A stretch of 64,000 nt of DNA from Actinobacteria bacterium HGW-Actinobacteria-7. Lineage in GTDB: Bacteria; Actinomycetota; Coriobacteriia; Anaerosomatales; PHET01. Location: positions 87,289-151,288 of the forward strand of contig PHET01000004.1 of assembly GCA_002841275.1 (NCBI GenBank). Reading direction: 5' to 3'. The translations under genes and the position numbers were made by a program. The stretch's first letter is position 1. The number at the start of each line of letters is the position of its first letter. Shown here in pieces: positions 56,527 to 64,000 of this stretch. The notes under the pieces are model-generated. The model was not told the DNA's origin. It saw only the letters and a program-made list of their open reading frames with translations, and did not search any database.

Positions 56527-59333
56527 TGGTACGCCCTCCTGCAGAAGCTCGATGCTTCGCACAGGGCGCAGGAACGACGGTTTGCTGGCGCGGGTTCGAT
56601 CCGTCTGGCGCGTATCCCCTCCACGGCGTTGGAGATCTGCATCTCCACCTCCGTCAGGAGCTCCCCGAAACGCTCGGCCGAAACCTCGTCTTTGGAGTGC
56701 ACGGTGGGGTCCGCCGAGGCCAAATCCACATTCCAGAACCCCCTGATCACCCCAGTGGGCAGCGAGCGGTACACTCCCGCGACAGCTGGCGCTGCAAACC
56801 CTGTCGATGCAGCGCGCGCGTAGACAACGCACTGGATGATGCGGTGCCCTGCAAAGCCGGCCTGCCCGTGGACCACCGAGGCCGACTTGTAGTCGGTCAC
56901 GACAATCCCCTCCGGCCCCTGGTCGATTCTGTCTACCTTTCCGCGGAGAGCAACGCCCGCGATCTCGAACGCCAGTCCCGAATCTCCCCCGAATGCCCAC
57001 TCGTGAGCCGCCGTTTCGAACCCTTCAAGCATGTCCACGTCCTGCTCGATTGCCGCCTTGACCCAAGAGCGGGCCGCCGAGGCCGAGAGCTCCTCTTTCA
57101 GCCCCCGCGTCTGCCACTCAGGATCAAGCTGCAGCGCGGTAACCACCTCCTCAAGGAGGTTCAGCGCATCAGGAAGGTTCTCGGCGGTGACCCTCGAGTG
57201 TCCCCTCTCTGTGAATATCTGGTAAAAGCCGGCGAGCATCGCGTGGGCGTAGGAACCGCGACTCCGGGCATCGAACCTTCTGTCTACGTCCACAGGCCGA
57301 AGTACCCGGCTGTAGAACCACCTGTACGGACAGTCGAGGTAGGTCTCCAGCTCAGTGACTGAGAACTCATCGGCACTTGGCCACGTCTCATTGGCCTGGG
57401 AGACCCGTCCTCTTGACAGACCCGGCGCATCCAATCGGCCTTCCGCTGCCAGCTCTCGAGCCTCGCGACGATTCAGCGTCAGTGCCGGCGCCGCATGTTC
57501 GAGCTCACCGAGCGTCATCCTGTAGGACACTTCGAGCTGGCCGTCTTCTCCCATGGCGGCCTGAGCGGGGGTCCGGTAGAGGTCTCTGATCTCCTCCCAG
57601 AAGACAGATGGCCTGCGCGCACCACCGGACGCATCAGAGGACTGTCTGACCAGTTCGAGCCGCTTGCGCGCGCGGGTGACGACCAGATAGAAGAGCATGC
57701 GCTCAGCCAGTCGCTCATCCATCCCCGCCGATAGTCCCATCCCCCCCAGCAGCGTCGCCGCAAGCGGCTCCGGCTTCTCGGACGAGAACTCGTCGGCGGT
57801 AAGTCCGCCCAACACCACGGCGTCAAAGCTCCGCGATCGAATCCTATGGGCATCGGTGACCTGGACTGTTCCAGGTCGCTCCGCTGAACCGGTTGATACC
57901 ATGGATTGTGCGAGACTCATCAGCAGATTGATTCCGCTCACCGCGACACCTGAAGCCGCCATCAACGCCACGGTCTCCATGATTCTCCCGTGCACCGCCG
58001 CGTCTATACGCACATCGGCCTCGTGACGACGTCGCTCTTCGCTCGCAACCGACAGCATTGTCGATACCATTTCCTGCCATTTCTCGACGGTCTCCTCTGT
58101 GACCGTGCGCCGGAGAACGTCCTCCGCCAACTGGATCACTCGCCCCGTCATCGGGCTCAGCTTTGAAGCGTGTGACAGAAGGCGTCCGGGGTCGTCCACG
58201 CGAGTGCGTCGCCAGCGGCTGTCGAGTTCGTCCACGGCCTGCGCAGGAACATCGGAAAACGGGCCTCTCAGCAAGTGAAGTAGCTCCTCGCGGCCGCGTG
58301 AGCCGCTGACGGCTCCAGCCAGCGAAAGCAATGCACTTCCCAGTGGCGTTGCTGAGAACTCTGACTGGAACTCCACCGAAAACGGCACTCCCTCAGCCCA
58401 CAGGGCAGCTTCGACGAGGTCCCTGTGACGTGAAAGATCCCTGAAGACGACAGCCACTTGACCGGGTTCGACGCCGTCTCCAATCGCCCTCGCGGCCGCG
58501 GCTGCCACCAGAACCGCCTCCGCCTCAGCTCCTGAAGCTTCCGAGAGCACAACAGAACCGCCAGGCGCGATGGCCGATTGCGGCGCATACAGCGTGGCTT
58601 CGAGTAGCTCCAACTCATCCGAGGGGGCTGACGGCCGGTGCATCCGCATGTGCAAACTGGCGATTTCTGCCAATTGCTCCGCAATGGGGGTCAGCGCCTC
58701 ACAGGCGGCAAACCCCTCTTCCCATGTGAGCGCTACGACGACCTCGTTGCGCTGAGCCAGCTTGCCGATGAAAGCGATCTGTGCCGCCGAAAGATCCGTA
58801 AATCGGTCCCACGCAATTGTGAAACCGGCTACGGCCTCCGACGCGGAGAGCTGCTTCACGGCCTCCCCGGGCTCAATCAGACCGTGGTCAAAGAGAAGCT
58901 GCTCGTAGGCCTGGAGGATTCTCTCGACGGACTCTCCGGCCCGTCCAGCGCCCCGTCCGCGAACCAGCCCGGCGGAGCGAGCAGCCATGCGCGCCACGAG
59001 CTCTACCGTGCCTGGGCTTTGAGATGCTCGTCCCAGCATGGACTCGCCCGCAGGGCAGGCCTGGGCGACGAGATTGCGTCGCAAGACCGTAGATACCAGC
59101 TGCCGTCCATCCCCCTGCTGGCGCCACAGAGACTCGAGCCACTGCTCGAAGGTGGTGATGTCTATGCCCACGGCAACCGTCGAGGCGAATCTCTCGCGTG
59201 CGCGACGAACGTCTGCGAAACCGGGCAGGATCAGAACCGACTCCCGACCCTCACGAACACCTCGCTCCACCCGATCTCGTATGACCCCACTGACTCCACA
59301 GCCAGCACGTCCTGTAATCAGCTCAAGCCCCAT
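56523..59333 (-). CDS. addB: AddB-like PD-(D/E)XK nuclease subunit
   Basis: Degenerate Walker A, FYLVVTRA, CPYRWF, GKVDRID, DYKS and C..C.....C motifs. Confidence 0.8.
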   Translation of the reverse strand: MGLELITGRAGCGVSGVIRDRVERGVREGRESVLILPGFADVRRARERFASTVAVGIDITTFEQWLESLWRQQGDGRQLVSTVLRRNLVAQACPAGESMLGRASQSPGTVELVARMAARSAGLVRGRGAGRAGESVERILQAYEQLLFDHGLIEPGEAVKQLSASEAVAGFTIAWDRFTDLSAAQIAFIGKLAQRNEVVVALTWEEGFAACEALTPIAEQLAEIASLHMRMHRPSAPSDELELLEATLYAPQSAIAPGGSVVLSEASGAEAEAVLVAAAAARAIGDGVEPGQVAVVFRDLSRHRDLVEAALWAEGVPFSVEFQSEFSATPLGSALLSLAGAVSGSRGREELLHLLRGPFSDVPAQAVDELDSRWRRTRVDDPGRLLSHASKLSPMTGRVIQLAEDVLRRTVTEETVEKWQEMVSTMLSVASEERRRHEADVRIDAAVHGRIMETVALMAASGVAVSGINLLMSLAQSMVSTGSAERPGTVQVTDAHRIRSRSFDAVVLGGLTADEFSSEKPEPLAATLLGGMGLSAGMDERLAERMLFYLVVTRARKRLELVRQSSDASGGARRPSVFWEEIRDLYRTPAQAAMGEDGQLEVSYRMTLGELEHAAPALTLNRREARELAAEGRLDAPGLSRGRVSQANETWPSADEFSVTELETYLDCPYRWFYSRVLRPVDVDRRFDARSRGSYAHAMLAGFYQIFTERGHSRVTAENLPDALNLLEEVVTALQLDPEWQTRGLKEELSASAARSWVKAAIEQDVDMLEGFETAAHEWAFGGDSGLAFEIAGVALRGKVDRIDQGPEGIVVTDYKSASVVHGQAGFAGHRIIQCVVYARAASTGFAAPAVAGVYRSLPTGVIRGFWNVDLASADPTVHSKDEVSAERFGELLTEVEMQISNAVEGIRARRIEPAPANRRSCALCEASSFCRRAYQ

Positions 59334-59372
59334 GCGTCCTCCTCGCACGAAGGCTCTCACGCACCTCTGACA

Positions 59373-59669
59373 TCAGGGCGTTTGGGTCTGCGTGTATCCT
59401 TCTAGGCCCTCTCGTATCTCTTTCACTCTGCGCCACGCGACCTCTTCATCCCGTCCAAGATAGTGCTCGACACGGCCTCCAATGACCTCTGCGGCATGCT
59501 CGGCCCGCTCAGCTATCGACCGAGCGACCTCTGCGGCCCGCAGAGCCTCGCTGGCAAGGCGCTGTCGTGTCTTCGCGCCACTGGACGGGGCCACCAATAG
59601 GCCCGCCAAGAAGCCCGCCGCCGTTCCGGCAATGACTCCAATAGCAAAATATTCCAGATTCCTCCTCAT
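59373..59669 (-). CDS. YtxH domain protein
   Basis: FAIGVIAGTAAGFLAGLLVAPSSGAKTR; overlaps the parB stop. Confidence 0.78.
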   Translation of the reverse strand: MRRNLEYFAIGVIAGTAAGFLAGLLVAPSSGAKTRQRLASEALRAAEVARSIAERAEHAAEVIGGRVEHYLGRDEEVAWRRVKEIREGLEGYTQTQTP

Positions 59670-60541
59670 TCGGCGACCTCCTCAACTGCGATCTCCCCTT
59701 GGGTGATGAGCGCGAAGATCCGCTCAAGGTCGTCTTCCCCCCGGAACTCGATCTCGATCTTGTTCTTGTCCTTGCCCAGCTTGACCCTGACGTTTGTGCC
59801 AAAGAGCCGACGCAACCTTCGCGCGATGACCTTGAATGACTTCGGTGTCATGGGCCGAGGCTCTCGAGCCACACTCCCGGCCGCAAACAACCGAGCTAGG
59901 TTCTCTGCCTCCCTCACAGACAGACCGTCCGAAACGATCTTCTCTGCAAGCTTCATTCGTGTGGCCTCCTCAGGTACAGAGAGAACCGCGCGTGCGTGTC
60001 CCGCTGTGAGCGAGCCGGCGTACACCATCTCCTGGACCTCTTCTGGCAAGTCAAGGAGCCGCAGGGCATTCGTGATAGCGGACCGCGACTTCGATACCTT
60101 GTCGGCGAGTTCCGCCTGAGTCATTTGATGCTCTGCCAGTAGCTTTTTGTACCCGCGCGCCTCTTCAATGGAGTTCAGATCGTCTCGCTGTAAGTTCTCG
60201 ATAAGGGCGATTTCCAGGGATTCGGAATCGCTCGCACTCAATACTCGGACAGGCACACGCTCCAGCCCAGCGGCTCGACACGCGCGCCATCTGCGTTCGC
60301 CGGCGATGATCTGGTATCCGTCGCCAAGCGGCCGGACGATAATCGGCTGAAGTAGCCCGACTTTGCTGATGGAATCGCTGAGTTCGGCAATTCCGTCTTC
60401 ATCCATGTCAGTACGTGGCTGCTCCGGGTTGGGTGAGATTATCTCGATTGCGAGCTCGCGCACATCCTCGCTTGTGTGTGACTCCTGAGAAGCACTCGGG
60501 ATGAGAGCAGAGAGTCCACGGCCAAGTCCACGCTTAGACAC
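59666..60541 (-). CDS. parB: Chromosome partitioning protein ParB/Spo0J
   Basis: GLGRGLSALI, QPR, IAGERRWRA and ENLQR motifs; HTH KSRSAITN. Confidence 0.96.
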   Translation of the reverse strand: MSKRGLGRGLSALIPSASQESHTSEDVRELAIEIISPNPEQPRTDMDEDGIAELSDSISKVGLLQPIIVRPLGDGYQIIAGERRWRACRAAGLERVPVRVLSASDSESLEIALIENLQRDDLNSIEEARGYKKLLAEHQMTQAELADKVSKSRSAITNALRLLDLPEEVQEMVYAGSLTAGHARAVLSVPEEATRMKLAEKIVSDGLSVREAENLARLFAAGSVAREPRPMTPKSFKVIARRLRRLFGTNVRVKLGKDKNKIEIEFRGEDDLERIFALITQGEIAVEEVAE

Positions 60542-61331
60542 GATCCATCACTTCCTTCGCGAGGCTACGATACGCAATCGCGCCCTTGCCATTGGGGTCG
60601 TAGATCGTCACCGGCTGACCGAAGCTCGGCGCTTCAGACAATCGAACGGTTCTAGGAATCAACGTTGCGAATACTTCGGTCTCGAAGAAGTCGCGGACTT
60701 CGTCAACCACCTGGCCCGCCAACCGCGTCCTGGAGTCGAACATCGTCATCACGACGCCAAAGACCTCAAGGGCAGGATTCAAATGGGTCTTCACGAGCCG
60801 GATGCTGTCCAGTAGCTTCGACAGACCCTCCAGCGCGTAGTACTCGCACTGAATCGGGATGATGAGCCCGTCCGCAGTGGTTAGGGCATTGATCGTCAGA
60901 AGCCCGAGCGAGGGCGGGCAGTCGATGATCACAAAGTCGAAATCGTCGAGCACCGGCGCCATGATCGTCTTGAGACGCGTCTCCCGGCTCATAGCAGAGA
61001 CCAATTCGATTTCCGCTCCGGCGAGCTGAATCGTCGCAGGGACCACAAAAACCCCGGGGGATTCCACCGGCTCGATGATGGTTTCGATGGAGGTGTCCCC
61101 GAGAAGTGCGTCATACACACACAGCTCGCGTTGGTTCTTGTTCAGACCGAAGCCTGACGTCGCGTTCCCTTGGGGATCAAGGTCGACTAGGAGTATCTTC
61201 TGGCCGGCCTCACCTAGCGCGGCCGACAAGTTGACGGCCGTAGTGCTCTTTCCGACTCCACCCTTCTGGTTCACAACTGCAAATACTCTAGCCGGACCAG
61301 TGCGAGCACGATCATTCGTTCTGGCGACCAC
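60534..61331 (-). CDS. parA: Chromosome partitioning ATPase ParA/Soj
   Basis: NQKGGVGKST, DLDPQGN, DCPPSLG and QCEYYALEG motifs. Confidence 0.96.
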   Translation of the reverse strand: MVARTNDRARTGPARVFAVVNQKGGVGKSTTAVNLSAALGEAGQKILLVDLDPQGNATSGFGLNKNQRELCVYDALLGDTSIETIIEPVESPGVFVVPATIQLAGAEIELVSAMSRETRLKTIMAPVLDDFDFVIIDCPPSLGLLTINALTTADGLIIPIQCEYYALEGLSKLLDSIRLVKTHLNPALEVFGVVMTMFDSRTRLAGQVVDEVRDFFETEVFATLIPRTVRLSEAPSFGQPVTIYDPNGKGAIAYRSLAKEVMDRV

Positions 61332-61365
61332 ACGCCCCCCTCTCGAAGATCAGACAGCACGCCGA

Positions 61366-62139
61366 TTATAGTTCAGAGCCCGCCTGACGGGAACCCGCTT
61401 TGAACAGCGGCTCTCGTTGCGCCATACCTGTCCTTCGCGGCAACTTCACTATGCTCTTGCCGGTCCTGACTACCGTGACAATAGTTCGCGCCTCGCCGTC
61501 TTGTGGCAGAACTTCACGCCGTGTCGAGACAACCTCCATGCCGGTCATGCGAGCGGTGTCTCGAGCAACTTCCAGCTCCGCCTCGGTAATCGGGCCCTTC
61601 AGGGCAACGAGGGCGCCTTCTGGACGCAGAAGCGGCGAGGCCAGCTCCACAAGCGATCCCAATTGGCTGAGGGCCCGAGCTGTGACCAGGGAAGCCTGGC
61701 CGCCAAACCGGAGTGCGTACTCCTCCGCACGAACCGGCTCCACCGTGACCCTCTCCGACCATGCCGATGTGGACTGTTGGATGAACTGCGCCAGCAGTCT
61801 CGCCTTCTTCTGGACGGACTCTACCAGGACCGTATCTCTCCCGCTGGCAATCGCAAGTGGAATCCCCGGGAATCCTCCGCCGCTGCCTAGGTCACACATC
61901 AGCCCCTCGCGCAGTGACATCACTTCCGGGAGGGCGATGAGCGAATCCACGATGTGCAGCCTGATGGCCTCCATTGGATCCGTAATTGTGGTCAGGTTTA
62001 TACGACCATTCCACTCCAGAACGAAATCCAGATGCTCCAGCATCAGTTGCTGACTGTCTTCGCCGACCTCAACCCCGAGTTCGAGACCGCAGAGAAGCCG
62101 CTGGAGGTACTTCCTATGGGTGGAATCCAGATGTTTCAC
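61366..62139 (-). CDS. rsmG: 16S rRNA m7G527 methyltransferase RsmG (start uncertain)
   Basis: INLT, HIVDSL, DLGSGGGFPG, RAEE, TARA and LKG motifs. Confidence 0.92.
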   Translation of the reverse strand: MKHLDSTHRKYLQRLLCGLELGVEVGEDSQQLMLEHLDFVLEWNGRINLTTITDPMEAIRLHIVDSLIALPEVMSLREGLMCDLGSGGGFPGIPLAIASGRDTVLVESVQKKARLLAQFIQQSTSAWSERVTVEPVRAEEYALRFGGQASLVTARALSQLGSLVELASPLLRPEGALVALKGPITEAELEVARDTARMTGMEVVSTRREVLPQDGEARTIVTVVRTGKSIVKLPRRTGMAQREPLFKAGSRQAGSEL

Positions 62140-62147
62140 GTGAAACC
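62132..62147. promoter_or_regulatory. parS centromere-like site 1
   Basis: TGTTTCACGTGAAACC (15/16 match to the consensus palindrome). Confidence 0.92.
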
Positions 62148-62179
62148 TCCTCGGACTGCATCTTACTTCATCGGCCAGA

Positions 62180-62195
62180 TGTTTCACGTGAAACA
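62180..62195. promoter_or_regulatory. parS centromere-like site 2
   Basis: Perfect TGTTTCACGTGAAACA inside the 24-bp palindrome CAGATGTTTCACGTGAAACATCTG. Confidence 0.95.
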
Positions 62196-62324
62196 TCTGT
62201 CGGTCGGGTCCCATCGGTTGACTTCGCCGGGCAACGAGGACGAATCCCCTTGCATCGAGGCGTCTTGTCACAGCCCGCGCACCGCTCGGTGCAATGCCAT
62301 GGGACTCGCCGTGGCTGAAGTACC

Positions 62325-62352
62325 AAACAAAAGGGGCGCCCTTAGGCGCCCC
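62325..62352 (-). terminator. Intrinsic terminator after jag
   Basis: Minus strand GGGGCGCC-taag-GGCGCCCC-TTTTGTTT. Confidence 0.8.
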
Positions 62353-62374
62353 AGATACATCCTCTTGCCAATCC

Positions 62375-63124
62375 CTACTTTGGAGCGATGACGACCTGGC
62401 GAAACGGATCTGCTCCATCGCTCGCCGTCGTGACACGCTTGTCGCCTCGCAATGCAACATGCACTACACGCCGTTCATATGCGGTCATGGGTCGCAACCT
62501 CACGGCCATGTGCTGGCGTGCGGCACGATCTGCGGCCCGGCGTGCGATGTCTTCGATCTTCTGACGCCGGCGATGCCTATACCCTTCCACATCGACGACC
62601 ACTGGGTATCTGAATCCGCTCTGGTGGGTGGTAATCGCCCCAACGGCAGTCTGCAATGCATCGAGGGTCTTGCCGTGCCTCCCGATGAGAAGACCGTAAT
62701 CGCCGCCTACAACGTCCAGGATGATCTCGCCTTCGTCACCTTCATACTCCTCGACCGTTGCATTCTCAATCCCAAAACAACCGAGAACGCTCCGCAGAGC
62801 GGCGACCGCAATATCGGCAACTCGATCTAGCTCCTCGTCCGAGAGGTCGGCCGAGTCCCCCAGTTGCAGTTCCACAGGCAGCGGCTCGTCGTCGCTCTCC
62901 TCCTCGGAACTCTGCTCATTGGGCTGAGTGAGCTCGGCAAGCACCTCGGGCCTCACCCAGACCCTCACCTTGGCCTGTTGGCTCGAACCGATGCCGAACA
63001 TCTTCTTTCCGGGCTCCTCCAGCACTTCATACTGCACAGAATCTTGCTGTACGCCAAGCTCTTCAAGAGCCGCATCGACCGCCTCTTCGACGGTTGGCGC
63101 CTGCTTAACACACTCTCGATCCAT
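62375..63124 (-). CDS. jag: RNA-binding protein Jag/EloR (KhpB)
   Basis: TVEEAV Jag_N, KH domain LIGRHGKTLDALQ and R3H domain ERRVVH. Confidence 0.93.
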   Translation of the reverse strand: MDRECVKQAPTVEEAVDAALEELGVQQDSVQYEVLEEPGKKMFGIGSSQQAKVRVWVRPEVLAELTQPNEQSSEEESDDEPLPVELQLGDSADLSDEELDRVADIAVAALRSVLGCFGIENATVEEYEGDEGEIILDVVGGDYGLLIGRHGKTLDALQTAVGAITTHQSGFRYPVVVDVEGYRHRRRQKIEDIARRAADRAARQHMAVRLRPMTAYERRVVHVALRGDKRVTTASDGADPFRQVVIAPK

Positions 63125-63154
63125 ATCGCACGCATCCTTTCGGACAGCGGACAC

Positions 63155-63949
63155 TTATGACGGCTTCCTGTTCTTAGAGCCCTTCTTCGCTTTTGACTCC
63201 GCAACATTCGGAGACTGCACGAGAACCACTTCCTGGGCCTTAGCTCTCTTGGCCATTCCCATGGTGATCTGCTGCTGTGCAACGCCCCACAGGCTCGAGA
63301 TGTCCCAGTAGAGCAGCACGCCTGCGGGAGCACTCCAGCCGAAGAACAACATCATGACCCCCATGTAGGCGCCTATCATCTTTTGCTGCTTCTCTCCGGG
63401 CATGAGCGCCTGGGGTAGCCACACGCTGAGACCGAAGAGGATGACAAGGAGGATGTAGGGGATCGCGGCGATTGCCCCGAGTTTAGGATCAGAGTAGACC
63501 TGCTTCGGCGTACTGGCAATATTTGGAATTAGAAAGTAGAACTGCCCGGTGATGTGATTCTCCAGGAAGAACTTCATCAGCACTCCGGGCCTGGCTGCCG
63601 TTCCACCAAGCACTCGATACAGCGCGAACATCAGCGGCATCTGGAGAAGGGCCGGCAAGCAGCCCCCTAGGGGGTTCACCTTGTTCTCCTGGTAGAACTT
63701 GAGTGTCTCTTCTTGAAGCTTCTCTTTGTCGTCCTTGTACTTGGCCTGCAGTTCCTTGATCTTGGGCTGGATCTCCTGCATCTCAAGCATCGACTTGGTC
63801 TGCTTCAAGGTCAGGGGCATCAGCGCGAGACGCACGAGCACCGTAAGAACGATGATTGCGAGACCCCAGTCTCCGACCACGCCTTCAATCTGCTGCAGGA
63901 ATACGAAGATGGCCTGCTGAAAGGCTTGCCACAAAGCACCAATACCCAT
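63155..63949 (-). CDS. yidC: Membrane protein insertase YidC
   Basis: WGLAIIVLTVLVRL, NPLGGCLP.LLQMP and PAGVLLYW motifs. Confidence 0.95.
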   Translation of the reverse strand: MGIGALWQAFQQAIFVFLQQIEGVVGDWGLAIIVLTVLVRLALMPLTLKQTKSMLEMQEIQPKIKELQAKYKDDKEKLQEETLKFYQENKVNPLGGCLPALLQMPLMFALYRVLGGTAARPGVLMKFFLENHITGQFYFLIPNIASTPKQVYSDPKLGAIAAIPYILLVILFGLSVWLPQALMPGEKQQKMIGAYMGVMMLFFGWSAPAGVLLYWDISSLWGVAQQQITMGMAKRAKAQEVVLVQSPNVAESKAKKGSKNRKPS

Positions 63950-63976
63950 GGTCAGTGTTCTCCTTGGTGCGCGCCC

Positions 63977-64000
63977 CTAGGGCACGGGATCGTAGCCGCC
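63977..64000 (-). CDS. yidD: Membrane protein insertion efficiency factor YidD, C-terminal end only
   Basis: Reads GGYDPVP* immediately upstream of yidC. Confidence 0.85.
   Translation of the reverse strand, partial: GGYDPVP

Noticed and set aside
62140..62460. N-terminal extension of rsmG in the ORF track
   Set aside because: It runs across the parS sites, the jag terminator and the jag 3' end, so it is not plausibly coding.
1..64000. CRISPR array, tRNA/rRNA, transposase, integrase, prophage or selenocysteine recoding
   Set aside because: I saw no spaced direct repeats, cloverleaf or rRNA signatures, mobile-element proteins or in-frame TGA-interrupted genes on reading.

Overview
High-GC bacterial chromosomal segment lying just inside the replication-origin region. 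The right end reads yidD(3' end)-yidC-jag-[two parS]-rsmG-parA-parB. Gene content and order (AddAB-like pair, reverse rubrerythrin, NRMT-type Nramp, multiheme cytochromes, actinobacterial oriC-proximal block) suggest an environmental Actinomycetota, probably class Coriobacteriia; this is an inference. I saw no rRNA, tRNA, CRISPR array, prophage or IS element. Highlights: (1) A complete cbb3-type (C-family) oxidase operon with a rearranged architecture. CcoO carries four extra class-I cytochrome c domains (5 CxxCH in total), and the CcoP membrane anchor appears to survive as a separate heme-less 106-aa protein. (2) A T-box riboswitch with a very short Stem I (candidate Ala specifier) controlling a PLP aminotransferase and a divergent second D-Ala-D-Ala ligase. 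(3) An M-box riboswitch with a large insertion, driving a pore-degenerate MgtE that is translationally coupled to an Nramp-related Mg2+ transporter. (4) A membrane-anchored multiheme cytochrome with a contracted CxCH motif. (5) Matching sigma28-like promoters in front of both c-di-GMP turnover genes. Product calls come from motif recognition only; no database searches were run.
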